A DNA stretch of 64,000 nucleotides from an uncultured Desulfospira sp. (GTDB taxonomy: Bacteria > Desulfobacterota > Desulfobacteria > Desulfobacterales > Desulfobacteraceae). A model generated the notes under the pieces. The model made no database searches. It saw only the letters and a program-made list of their open reading frames with translations, and was not told the origin of the DNA. Positions 38,305 through 48,002 of this stretch are shown here, in pieces (position 1 is the first letter of the stretch; every line of letters starts with the position of its first letter). The DNA lies in the NCBI GenBank assembly GCA_963663165.1, contig OY760175.1, forward strand, positions 6,048,001 to 6,112,000, given 5' to 3'. The position numbers and the translations under genes were made by a program.

Positions 38305-39675
38305 ATGAAAAAAGCAAAGGTGCTGATTGTTGACGATTCCAGGTCCGCCTTGTTCGCGATTAAGGCGTTGCTGAGTCCTGCAGGGATTCAAATGACGACT
38401 GCTTCTGACGGTTTAGAGGGGCAGCAGGCCCTTAAGAAGGGGAAGTTTGACCTGGTGATTACCGATGTGGACATGCCCAATATGAACGGGTTGGAATTCT
38501 GCCAATGGATCAAGACAAATGCGGATACCGCCAATGTCCCGGTAATTGTGCTCAGCTCCCTTGATACGGATCTGGATATTGAAAACGGTTTCAGGGTCGG
38601 GGCGGACGCCTATGTGCCCAAGCGGCTGGCCAACAAAGAGCTGATTCCCCGCATTGAAAGCGTGATGAATAAGTGTACCTTTGTGGAGAATAAAACCATT
38701 CTGGTGGTTGAAGACAGCAAGACCATTCAGGCGGTCACCAAGGACGGGCTTGAGACCGCCGGATTTGAAGTGGCCCTGGCCGATGACGGCCAGCATGCCC
38801 TTGAGATCATTGACGATGTCAAGCCGGACGTCCTTTTAACGGATTTGAATATGCCCCGAATGGACGGTGGGGAGCTGTGCAACCGGTTGTTCAATATGGA
38901 AGCGTATAAGTTCATGCCCATCGTGGTCATGAGTTCCATCACCGACAAGCCCCTCATGAGGCGGTTGATTCAGGACGGCGTCACCGCTTTTATTGTCAAG
39001 CCGTTCAATGTGGACATGCTGGTGGTGACCATGGAAAAGCTGTTGTCCGACCACTTTCAGCACATGCTTGAGGAACGCGAACGCCTGGTTGTAGAACAAA
39101 AGCTGACCATCGGCTCCATCAGCAGCCTGATTAATGCCCTTGAGGCACGGGATAAATATACCAGCGGCCATTCTGAAGCAGTGACAAGGCTTTCTGTGGC
39201 CATTGCCAAGGAGCTGGGGTTTGACAATTCAGCAATGGTGCGCCTGCAAATCGCCGCCAGCCTTCATGATTTAGGGAAAATCGGTGTGCGCGATAACGTG
39301 CTGCTCAAACCCGGGAAGCTCACGGATCCGGAATATCAACACATTCAAACCCATACCGTTGTGGTGCAGGATATTTTAAAACCGCTTCACGATATGGATG
39401 ATGTCCTTGAAGCGGCGTCGTCTCATCATGAGAAGTGGGACGGCTCGGGGTATCCCAACGGGCTTAAAGGAGAGGAGATCCCCCTGATCGGAAGAATTAT
39501 TGCCGTAGCCGATGTGTATGATGCCTTAACCAGTGACCGCCCTTACCGGGACGGCATGCCCGTGGAAAAAGCCATGAAAATTATTTCCGAAGGGGTCGGC
39601 ACTCATTTTTGTCCCACAGTGTCGGCCGCTTTTTTTAAGTACATGGGCATGCTTGAGAAGGGAAACCTTTCTTAA
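38305..39675 (+). CDS. REC-REC-HD-GYP c-di-GMP phosphodiesterase, paralogue 1
   Basis: Two receiver domains (IVDDS..TDVDMP..K; VVEDS..TDLNMP..KP), LHDLGKIG, HHEKWDGSGYP. Confidence 0.92.
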   Translation: MKKAKVLIVDDSRSALFAIKALLSPAGIQMTTASDGLEGQQALKKGKFDLVITDVDMPNMNGLEFCQWIKTNADTANVPVIVLSSLDTDLDIENGFRVGADAYVPKRLANKELIPRIESVMNKCTFVENKTILVVEDSKTIQAVTKDGLETAGFEVALADDGQHALEIIDDVKPDVLLTDLNMPRMDGGELCNRLFNMEAYKFMPIVVMSSITDKPLMRRLIQDGVTAFIVKPFNVDMLVVTMEKLLSDHFQHMLEERERLVVEQKLTIGSISSLINALEARDKYTSGHSEAVTRLSVAIAKELGFDNSAMVRLQIAASLHDLGKIGVRDNVLLKPGKLTDPEYQHIQTHTVVVQDILKPLHDMDDVLEAASSHHEKWDGSGYPNGLKGEEIPLIGRIIAVADVYDALTSDRPYRDGMPVEKAMKIISEGVGTHFCPTVSAAFFKYMGMLEKGNLS

Positions 39676-39725
39676 CATGAGGGGTGCTGCCATACCATAT
39701 TTATCGTCTTTTGATTTAAGGAAGC

Positions 39726-41099
39726 ATGATGGATAAAGCAAAAGTGCTGATTGTTGATGACTCAAGGTCTGCTTTAGCGGCTGTTAAAGCCTTGCTGTGC
39801 CCTGCTGGAATTCATACTGTGACCGCCGGAGACGCCCTGGAGGGGCAGAAACTGCTCAAACAGGAGAAATTTGACCTGGTGATTACCGATGTTGAAATGC
39901 CTGAGCTTTCCGGCCTGGAATTTTGCCAGTGGATAAAATCAAATCAGGATACAGCCGGTACGCCGGTCATCGTGTTAAGCTCCCTTGATACCGACACCGA
40001 TATTGAAAACGGGTTCCGGGTGGGCGCTGATGCTTATGTTCCCAAGCGGTTGGCCAACAAGGAGCTGATTCCCCGTATTGAAAGTGTGATGAATAAGTGC
40101 ACTTTTGTCCGAAACAAAACCATTCTGGTGGTTGAGGACAGCAAGACCATTCAGCTGGTGACCAAAGAGGGGCTTGAGGACGCGGGATTTAACGTGGTCC
40201 TGGCCAATGACGGTCAGCATGCGTTTGAGATTATGGAAGAGGTATCTCCCGACGTTCTGTTAACGGATTTGAACATGCCCCGGATGAACGGCATGGAGCT
40301 TTGCCGCAAACTGTTCCGGATGGATAAGTACAAGCTTCTGCCCATCGTGGTCATGAGCTCAATAGGGGATAAGACCCTCATGCGGCGGCTGATCCAGGAT
40401 GGTGTGACCGCATTTATTGTCAAACCCTTCAACGTTGACATGCTGGTCATGACCATGGAGAAGCTGCTGTCCGACCATTTCCAGCGGATGCTGGAGGAAC
40501 GCGAACGGCTGGTCCTTGAACAGAAGCTGACCGTGGGCTCCATTGCCAGCCTGGTCAATGCCCTGGAAGCGCGGGACAAGTACACCAGCGGCCATTCCGA
40601 GTCGGTCACCCGGCTTTCTGTTGCCATTGCCAAAGAAATGGGATTTGTGGATGCGGAGCTGGAACGGCTGCAAATCTCTGCCAGCCTTCACGATCTTGGC
40701 AAAATCGGGGTAAGGGACAATGTCCTGCTCAAACCCGGGAAATTAACCGATGAGGAGTATCAGCACATCCAAACCCATACCGTGGTGGTGCAGGATATTT
40801 TAAAACCCCTTCCGGGTATGGATGATGTGCTTGAGGCGGCATCTTCCCATCATGAAAAGTGGGACGGCTCCGGGTATCCCAACGGGCTCAAAGGGGAAGG
40901 TATTCCTTTGACCGGCAGAATTATTGCCGTTGCCGACGTGTTTGATGCCCTGACCAGTGACCGCCCCTACCGGGACGGCATGCCCGTGGAAAAAGCCATG
41001 AAAATTATTACCGAGGGCGTGGGCTCACATTTTTGCCCCACGGTTGCGGAGGCTTTTTTCAGGTATATGGAGAAGCTGGATCTCGGCCACCTCTCTTAA
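39726..41099 (+). CDS. REC-REC-HD-GYP c-di-GMP phosphodiesterase, paralogue 2
   Basis: Colinear close paralogue of 38305-39675 with the same motifs. Confidence 0.92.
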   Translation: MMDKAKVLIVDDSRSALAAVKALLCPAGIHTVTAGDALEGQKLLKQEKFDLVITDVEMPELSGLEFCQWIKSNQDTAGTPVIVLSSLDTDTDIENGFRVGADAYVPKRLANKELIPRIESVMNKCTFVRNKTILVVEDSKTIQLVTKEGLEDAGFNVVLANDGQHAFEIMEEVSPDVLLTDLNMPRMNGMELCRKLFRMDKYKLLPIVVMSSIGDKTLMRRLIQDGVTAFIVKPFNVDMLVMTMEKLLSDHFQRMLEERERLVLEQKLTVGSIASLVNALEARDKYTSGHSESVTRLSVAIAKEMGFVDAELERLQISASLHDLGKIGVRDNVLLKPGKLTDEEYQHIQTHTVVVQDILKPLPGMDDVLEAASSHHEKWDGSGYPNGLKGEGIPLTGRIIAVADVFDALTSDRPYRDGMPVEKAMKIITEGVGSHFCPTVAEAFFRYMEKLDLGHLS

Positions 41100-41200
41100 A
41101 AGAGGGGATTCGGCTGAAGGCGGAAAGGAGATTAGGCCAAAGGAAGTATCGCCTTTTTATTCTACCGGCCTTCAGTCTAAACCCCTTCAGTCTATCTACC

Positions 41201-41617
41201 TTACGCCTGACAGGTTTTGTGGGCCATCTTTCCGATGGTTTCAACGGCGTCTTTTAAATCAGCCAGCTCCCCTTGAGTCGGGCTGCGGCGCTGGTATTTG
41301 TCAATGGAACAGATGGACTGGATGCTCTCATGTGCCAATATTCTGTCCCTCAGGTCCTGCTCAAGGGGGATCACTGTTTCAAGGGCCATAATCAGGTCTG
41401 TAAAGGTATGATTTTCCGGAAGGGCATCATGAAAATCCATGATGGCCATGACATACCCTTCCAGGGACATGGACAGCAGGTTGTACAGAAGATCCGGGCC
41501 GAATTTGCTCTTTTCCCCTTTGGGCGTGGCCGCTGCCAGGTACTGGTCTCCGTTTTTGAGCCATTTTTCCCAGTTTAAGTCGTTTTCCCAGGGCACTTGT
41601 TTCTGGATTTCAATCAT
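41201..41617 (-). CDS. Hypothetical protein, HEPN-like
   Basis: W...GDQYL.AA, YNLLSMSLE....A, P.NHTFTDL resembles the HEPN helical pattern; pattern-based only. Confidence 0.55.
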   Translation of the reverse strand: MIEIQKQVPWENDLNWEKWLKNGDQYLAAATPKGEKSKFGPDLLYNLLSMSLEGYVMAIMDFHDALPENHTFTDLIMALETVIPLEQDLRDRILAHESIQSICSIDKYQRRSPTQGELADLKDAVETIGKMAHKTCQA

Positions 41618-41709
41618 TTTGCGTTGGTTCCTTTGGTGCAGCTGTTAGCCTTTAGCGACTGGCTGTCAGCCTGGCTGGTGTCACCCAGCAGAACGCTGAC
41701 AACTAACCG

Positions 41710-42468
41710 CTAAAAGCCGTCAGAAATATTCCGGTTAAAAAAATGATACACATAGGGGTTGGACGGGTCCTGCTTCATTGCCTTGGGATCCCCCTGGGCA
41801 ATGATGCCTTTGGCTTTTTTTTCCAGCATGATGACTTCATCGGCAATGGTCAGGATGCTTTCTAATTCATGGGTGACAATGATAAAGGTGATTTTCAGGC
41901 CGTCTGCCAGGTCCATGATCAGCTTGTCCAGCCCGGCCGAAGTCAAGGGATCCAGGCCTGCCGAGGGCTCGTCCAAAAACAGAACCGAAGGATCCAGGGC
42001 CATGGCCCGGGCAATAGCGGCCCGTTTTTTCATTCCCCCGGACAGCTGGTCCGGCATGAGAAAGGCGGCATGGGACATGTCTACCAGATCCAGCTTGATC
42101 CGGGCAATGGCCTCCATGGCATCCTGTGAAAGACGGGTATACTCTCTTAAGGGAAGCATAATGTTTTCAAGGACGGTCATGGAGCCGAAAAGGGCCCCGT
42201 TCTGAAAGGCCACGCCGATTTTCTGCAACAGCTCATTTCGTTGCTGTCCCGCCGCCGAGACCATATCCTGTCCATGGATGAAAATTTTGCCTGAAACCGG
42301 GGGAACCAGTCCGATCATATGCTTGAGCAGCGTGCTTTTGCCGCAGCCTGACCCCCCTAAAATGACAAATATCCGTCCCTTTTTAATGGAAAAATTTAAG
42401 TTTTCCATGATGGCATTGCCGTTGTATCCGGCAAACAGGTTTTCAACTGTAATAATGTCTTCTTTCAT
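41710..42468 (-). CDS. mlaF: ABC ATPase, MlaF/Mkl family
   Basis: GGSGCGKST, FQNGALFGSMTV.EN, LSGGMKKRAAIARA, DEPSAGLDP. Confidence 0.88.
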   Translation of the reverse strand: MKEDIITVENLFAGYNGNAIMENLNFSIKKGRIFVILGGSGCGKSTLLKHMIGLVPPVSGKIFIHGQDMVSAAGQQRNELLQKIGVAFQNGALFGSMTVLENIMLPLREYTRLSQDAMEAIARIKLDLVDMSHAAFLMPDQLSGGMKKRAAIARAMALDPSVLFLDEPSAGLDPLTSAGLDKLIMDLADGLKITFIIVTHELESILTIADEVIMLEKKAKGIIAQGDPKAMKQDPSNPYVYHFFNRNISDGF

Positions 42469-43595
42469 AGCCCCAGAGAATAATAAACCACACTGAAAAT
42501 GCCGTCAAATACGGCAATGAGAATAATACACGACACCACCGCCCGGGTGGTGGCGTCCCCGACGGCCGATGCGCCGGTGCCGGTCTGGTATCCCCTGATG
42601 CAGCCGGTGGCGGCAATAAGGATGCCGAAGACAAAGCATTTGACAATGCCGCCCACAAAATCCTGCCAGGTGACAAACCCCGTGACCTGGTTGACATAGG
42701 TGACAAGGGGGTAGCCAAAGGAGAGAATGACCACGGCACCGCCCAGGATCCCCACCAGGTTGGAAAATATGGTCAGCAACGGGGTGACTATTGTTGAGGC
42801 AATGACCCGGGGAACAATGAGAAACCTTACCGGCTCCAGCCCCATGACCGTGAGGGCATCAATTTCCTCGTTGATTTTCATGGTGCCGATTTCAGCGGCA
42901 AAGGCGGATGCGGACCGGCCGGCCAGGACAATGGCGGTCATCAAGGGGCCCAGTTCCCGGACCATGGCAATGCCGATGAGGTTGGCCACATAAATTTCCG
43001 CCCCGAACATTTTCATGGGAATGGCCGCCTGAAAAGCCATGACCAGCCCCACAATAAAGCTGATCAACGCCACAATGGGAAGGGCATCCACCCCGGACCG
43101 CTCCATGACCCGGAACATGTCGGCCCACCGGATCTGCCAGGGATTTTTAAGGCTGGCAAAAAGGGCCCAGGTGATCTGTCCGGTAAAGGTGACAAAGGTG
43201 CGGGTATCCGCGAGAAAATCGGCCAGGGCCTGGCCTTTTCTTTCAATATAGGAAAGAGACGGGGGCAGGCTTTCCTCTTCCGGATGCCCTTTGGCCCGGG
43301 CAAGGTTTAAAACCGCCTCAAATTCCGGCGCAAGTCCCTGGCTCCGGATATCGTTAACCCCATTTTTTTTTGCCTTTTTTTCCAGGTCCAGGATCATCAC
43401 CGCCCCGGCCGTATCAAGGTAGGCCACCTTTTCCAGGTCCCATATCAGTTGGGAAGCCTTGCCGGATTCAAGGGCCTTTTGGGCCTGTTTCCAGACAGCG
43501 GCGCTCCCATGGGCATCCAGGCGTCCTTCAATAGAGACGGTCAACTGGTTTTCGGCTGTCCGGATTTGAAGTTGTGTTGTTTGAGAAGGGTCCAT
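42465..43595 (-). CDS. mlaE: MlaE-family permease with N-terminal STAS domain
   Basis: YLDTAGA STAS motif, RELGPLMTAIVLAGR, AEIGTMKINEEIDAL, VGDATTRAVV. Confidence 0.9.
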   Translation of the reverse strand: MDPSQTTQLQIRTAENQLTVSIEGRLDAHGSAAVWKQAQKALESGKASQLIWDLEKVAYLDTAGAVMILDLEKKAKKNGVNDIRSQGLAPEFEAVLNLARAKGHPEEESLPPSLSYIERKGQALADFLADTRTFVTFTGQITWALFASLKNPWQIRWADMFRVMERSGVDALPIVALISFIVGLVMAFQAAIPMKMFGAEIYVANLIGIAMVRELGPLMTAIVLAGRSASAFAAEIGTMKINEEIDALTVMGLEPVRFLIVPRVIASTIVTPLLTIFSNLVGILGGAVVILSFGYPLVTYVNQVTGFVTWQDFVGGIVKCFVFGILIAATGCIRGYQTGTGASAVGDATTRAVVSCIILIAVFDGIFSVVYYSLGL

Positions 43596-43740
43596 TATAT
43601 ATTTTTTTTAAGCCGCCATTGCGTTGTTTTATAGTTATTAAGGTAAGCATAGCAGAAGGATGGAATCAATACAAATTATCATGGTAAGCGTGCCTGGCTT
43701 ACATAAAGGTCGAAGCCAAATTTGAATGGATAATAAAAAA

Positions 43741-43947
43741 GGAAACCGGAGAAAAGGAGACGGGAGACCGAAACCGTCAAGTTCCCTGGTTTGAGCGGTA
43801 GGGTTGGAGCGGGCCATGCCCGCGATTCGATCGCGGGCATGGCCCGCTCCAACCTTGCATAGACCAAAAATGGAACGATAGCTGCCGGATGCCGGGTTCC
43901 CCTGGAGGAGCGTATCCGGTCTGCGGTCTCCTTTCCTCCGGTCTCCC
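43741..43947 (-). repeat. Dispersed repeat family A, copy 3, containing the REP-like palindrome
   Basis: GGTTGGAGCGGGCCATGCCCGCGAT-TCG-ATCGCGGGCATGGCCCGCTCCAACC at 43802-43854; flanks are the reverse complement of family A. Confidence 0.85.
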
Positions 43948-43994
43948 TGCGTTTTATTGGAGACAACCCATATTCACAGAATTAACAGGCCAAT

Positions 43995-44531
43995 TTAAGG
44001 CCTGCCGTGGGCAGCAACAACCGCCTTGAGCCGTTTGATCTTGGGCTGGATGTGGAATGCTTCGGGGATTTGTTCCTGATATATTTCTAACACGGCCAGG
44101 GCTTTTGCTGCCGTAGAAACAGCCGGTCCTGTCCGGCCATAGGCCAATAATTCAAAGGTGCCGGCGGTCCGGATCAGGGCCTGGCGAAGGTCCCTGTCCC
44201 GGCCATGAAGTCCTGCAAATCCCTGTTCAAGCCATTCATGGCATTCAAAAAACAACCCTTCATCCCAGAGCAGGCCGGCTATGGGGTAAAGGTCTTTTGA
44301 GAAATATTTTTTTGATTTCATCATTCCCATGACCGCCTCATACCGGGACAGCCGGTCCCGGATATAGGCGGTGACGGATGGGGACAGGGGCGCGGTGTCA
44401 ATATCGGCTGCCATGGCCGTGACAGCATCAGGGGATTGCCTGGCAATGGCCTTGAGCAGGGCGCTGCCCAGGTGGTTTCTGACATCCCGGCACGCCCGGC
44501 TTTCAAATGGATTGAAGTTTACGTCTGCCAT
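43995..44531 (-). CDS. DUF309-domain protein
   Basis: LWDEGLFFECHEWLE...QALI motif. Confidence 0.78.
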   Translation of the reverse strand: MADVNFNPFESRACRDVRNHLGSALLKAIARQSPDAVTAMAADIDTAPLSPSVTAYIRDRLSRYEAVMGMMKSKKYFSKDLYPIAGLLWDEGLFFECHEWLEQGFAGLHGRDRDLRQALIRTAGTFELLAYGRTGPAVSTAAKALAVLEIYQEQIPEAFHIQPKIKRLKAVVAAHGRP

Positions 44532-44548
44532 ACCGGTTTAAACCAAAG

Positions 44549-45433
44549 CTAAAGGTGATTGGTTTTGGCAATAATATCCCAGGCCTCCTGGGCATGGTTT
44601 ACAAATTGGAACAGTTCCAGGTCTTTGGGGGAAATGGTCCCCTGTTCTACCAGAAAATCAAAGTTAATCAGGGTGTTCCAGAAATTTTCACCAAACAGGA
44701 TCACCGGAATGGGCTTGATGGTCCGGGTCTGGATCAGGGTTAAGGCCTCAAACAGTTCATCCAGGGTTCCAAACCCGCCGGGAAATGCCACCAGGGCCTT
44801 GGCCCGCATGAGAAAGTGCATTTTTCTGATGGCAAAATAATGAAACTGGAAACACAGCTCCGGGGTGATCCAGGGGTTCGGGGCCTGCTCAAATGGAAGG
44901 ACAATGTTCAGGCCGATGCTTTTGGCCCCCACATCGGCTGCCCCTCGGTTGGCCGCCCCCATGATCCCCTCTCCGCCGCCGGTCATGACCACATGTTTGA
45001 GTTTTTCCGTATTCTGGGAAATCAGCCGGCCCAAGGTCCTGGCCTCGGCATAGTAGACGCTGTTGTCAACGGCCCTCTCAGCGGCAGCTACCGCCTGGTC
45101 AAGGCCCGGTTTGTCCGGATGGCTTTTTTGTTCTTTTTTAAGATCCGCCAAATTCTGTCGGGCGGTTTCCGGGTCCGGGATCCGGGCACTGCCGAAAATG
45201 ACAATGGTGGATTCAATACCGTGCCGGGTCATTTCCAGCTCCGGCTTGACCATCTCAAGCTGGAGCCTTACCGGGCGCAGCTCGTCTTTGAGCAGCAGGT
45301 CCGTGTCCTGAAACGCCACCCTATAGGATGGGGACTGGCACTGGGGGGATTCCACATGGAGTCCGGCGGATTTTGCGCCGTCTCCGGCCGTGGGCAACGG
45401 GGTAAAATGGTTAAAGGGTTCTTCAGATTTCAT
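44549..45433 (-). CDS. LOG-family (TIGR00730-type) nucleotide phosphoribohydrolase
   Basis: IFGSARI, TGGG.GIM.AANRGA, YFAIRKMHF, PGGFGTLDELFE. Confidence 0.92.
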   Translation of the reverse strand: MKSEEPFNHFTPLPTAGDGAKSAGLHVESPQCQSPSYRVAFQDTDLLLKDELRPVRLQLEMVKPELEMTRHGIESTIVIFGSARIPDPETARQNLADLKKEQKSHPDKPGLDQAVAAAERAVDNSVYYAEARTLGRLISQNTEKLKHVVMTGGGEGIMGAANRGAADVGAKSIGLNIVLPFEQAPNPWITPELCFQFHYFAIRKMHFLMRAKALVAFPGGFGTLDELFEALTLIQTRTIKPIPVILFGENFWNTLINFDFLVEQGTISPKDLELFQFVNHAQEAWDIIAKTNHL

Positions 45434-45565
45434 TTTATTTCCATTCTGGCGGATTACCGCGTTTGATTTAGGGGATGATCAGGCTGAAGGGGGGGGGTAG
45501 GCTGAAGGCCGAAGGGTTTTTAATTCCGCTCACCTAACAGCCTTTGGCCTTCAGCCTTTAGTCTT

Positions 45566-47143
45566 TTAAACCGAGACCGTTTCCCCGGTTTGGGGAACAA
45601 AGGCCTTATATCCTGATTTATTCAGGTGATCGGCAAAGGCAAGGGCGCTGTCTTCCTCGCCGTGGACCACGGCTATTTTTTTTATGTTTAAATTAGAGTC
45701 ATTTAAAAAATGCATCATTTCGTTCTGGTCGGCATGGGCTGAGAACCCCCCAAGCTTAACCACACGGGCCTTTAGCGGATATTCTTTTCCCAGGATCTTA
45801 ATGACGGGGGGCTGTCCTTTCCGGTTGTTTTCCATGTATTTTTCCCCTAAGTTCAGAATTTTCCGGCCCAGGGTGTGTTCGGCCATGTAGCCGACAATCA
45901 GAACCGTGTTGTTGGGGTTATGGACCCGGTACCTTAAGTGATGAAGGATCCGGCCGACTTCACACATGCCTGAAGCTGAGATGACGATATGGGACTTTTC
46001 TTCGCGCATGAGCCGCATGGACTCGTCCACGGATGAGACAAAATGAACCTTGTCAAACATAAAGGGATTCTTGCCTTTTTCAAGAAAAGTTTCGTGGGTG
46101 TCTTTGTCATAATTTTCCGGGTGCTCCCCAAATACCTTTGTGATGGCTGTGGCCAGGGGACTGTCCACATAAACCGGCACCTTGGGCACCTCCCCGTTCA
46201 TGAACAATTCGTGGATCACGTAGAGCAGTTCCTGGGCCCGGCCGAAAGCAAAAGACGGGATCACCACGGTGCCGCCCCGCTCAAAGGTGGTGTTCAGTTC
46301 CTGTTTGAGCCTTAAATGAAGGTCCCCTGCACTTTCATGGGTCCGGTTTCCATAGGTGCTTTCCATGATCAGCAAATCTACATTCCGGTCCTCGGACGGA
46401 AAATCAAGGGTGGGGTCCCTTAAGATGGGTTTTCCGAATCGGCCGATATCCCCGGTATAGCAGATGGTGGTTGTTTTATCCCCTTTTTTGTGTTTGAGTA
46501 TGCTCATGGCCGATCCTAAAATATGGCCGGCATCGTACAGGGTAAGGGTCATGTCTTTGCCGATGGTGACTTCGTTTTTGTAGGGAATCCCTTCAAAGCA
46601 GCTTAAGGCGGCCGTGGCGTCTTCCGATGAATAGAGGGCCTGGGCCTTTTCCAGGCCAAATTTGTTGATGAATTCAAAAATGGTGTCCCTGTTCAGCTTG
46701 TTCTTCCCGCTTTTGAGCAGTTTGGTGGCCTGGCCTGAACTGATGCTGTTGGCAGCACCTTTGGCCTTTCCCTGTTCAATTTTGGACAACAGGTTCCGGA
46801 CATTTTTATAGTTGAGGTAATCGGCATCGGATTCCTGAATATGGGCTGAGTCGGGCAGAAGATACTCGCAGGCCCCGTGGGTGGCCCGGGTGGTGAAGAT
46901 CCGGCCGGTAAAATTGTTTCTCACCAGCAGCGGAAGCCTTCCTGAATGGTCAATATGGGCATGGGACAGGACCACATTGGTCAGGATTTTGGGATTAAAG
47001 GGAAGAACCCTGTTTTTTTCAGCCGCCTCTTTGCGCCGGCCCTGAAACAGGCCGCAATCAAAAAGAATTTTGTCTGAAGCGGTCCCGACCATGTGCATGG
47101 AACCGGTTACCTCTCTGGTCGCGCCGTAAAATGTTGCCAGCAT
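45566..47143 (-). CDS. Metallo-beta-lactamase/beta-CASP ribonuclease
   Basis: GATREVTGS, SHAHIDHSG, AGHILGS, TGDIG, ESTYG, SASGM, FSAHAD, VHGE; start moved to ATG 47143 behind AAGGAG. Confidence 0.9.
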   Translation of the reverse strand: MLATFYGATREVTGSMHMVGTASDKILFDCGLFQGRRKEAAEKNRVLPFNPKILTNVVLSHAHIDHSGRLPLLVRNNFTGRIFTTRATHGACEYLLPDSAHIQESDADYLNYKNVRNLLSKIEQGKAKGAANSISSGQATKLLKSGKNKLNRDTIFEFINKFGLEKAQALYSSEDATAALSCFEGIPYKNEVTIGKDMTLTLYDAGHILGSAMSILKHKKGDKTTTICYTGDIGRFGKPILRDPTLDFPSEDRNVDLLIMESTYGNRTHESAGDLHLRLKQELNTTFERGGTVVIPSFAFGRAQELLYVIHELFMNGEVPKVPVYVDSPLATAITKVFGEHPENYDKDTHETFLEKGKNPFMFDKVHFVSSVDESMRLMREEKSHIVISASGMCEVGRILHHLRYRVHNPNNTVLIVGYMAEHTLGRKILNLGEKYMENNRKGQPPVIKILGKEYPLKARVVKLGGFSAHADQNEMMHFLNDSNLNIKKIAVVHGEEDSALAFADHLNKSGYKAFVPQTGETVSV

Positions 47144-47355
47144 GTGTGTCTCCTTAATGCAGATCAATGTTCCTGAACTCATATCATAACCGGGATGCCA
47201 GAGACAAGAAACAAGTGGGGAGAAGGGGAGACCGGAGGCCGGAGACGGGGAGAACGGCAGTAAAAGTTGAAGGGATTGACATGGGATATGCCCATGTGTA
47301 TTAGAGATTCTTTTGCCTGAAGGTTTCAGGCCCGAATATGAAAAAGAGGTGCAAA

Positions 47356-47862
47356 GTGAAAACAAACCTTACACTGATCGGGATGCCCGGGGCCGGTAAA
47401 AGCACGGTGGGTATCATCCTGGCCAAAAATATGGGGCTGTCCTTTCTGGACACGGATATCCTGATCCAGATCAACCAGCAGAAAACCCTTCAGGACATCC
47501 TTGACCAGACCGGCCATATGAATTTAAGGGCTGTGGAAGAACAGGAAATTCTAAAAATCAATATTGACCACCATGTGATTTCAACGGGCGGCAGTGTGGC
47601 CTACAGCGAAAAAGCCATGACCCATTTGAAAGGCCTTTCTACCGTCATCCACCTGAATGCGGCTTTTGAGGTCATTAAAGACCGGATCAATAATTTTGAT
47701 ACCCGGGGGATTGCCAAGGCCGAAACCCAGACCTTTGAGCAATTGTACCGGGAACGGCAGCAGCTTTACCGGAAATATGCAGACCTGGTCATAGATACCG
47801 ACGGCATCACCCAGGACGAAGTGTCGTTTCAGATTCAAACGGCGTTGGGGGAAAGGGGATAA
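47356..47862 (+). CDS. aroK: Shikimate kinase family protein
   Basis: LIGMPGAGKSTVG, DTD, VISTGGS, ER..LY..YAD; GTG start behind GAGGT. Substrate not certain. Confidence 0.78.
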   Translation: MKTNLTLIGMPGAGKSTVGIILAKNMGLSFLDTDILIQINQQKTLQDILDQTGHMNLRAVEEQEILKINIDHHVISTGGSVAYSEKAMTHLKGLSTVIHLNAAFEVIKDRINNFDTRGIAKAETQTFEQLYRERQQLYRKYADLVIDTDGITQDEVSFQIQTALGERG

Positions 47863-48002
47863 AAAACGCAGGCCGGAGGAAGGGAGACGGGAGACCGGAT
47901 CCCTATTCCCACCCCTTTTTCCGGATGTGGTCCGCCAGGTGGTCTATAAAAAGCGTGGTGGTGTCATTGTCATGCAACAGCAATATGTGCCCGGGGGAGC
48001 GG

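Noticed and set aside
47144..47365. N-terminal extension of the MBL RNase in the ORF track (similar extensions on the S8, TonB receptor, Mrp and CMD ORFs)
   Set aside because: The extensions translate repeat or intergenic DNA; downstream starts have an RBS, a signal peptide or a family-typical N-terminus.
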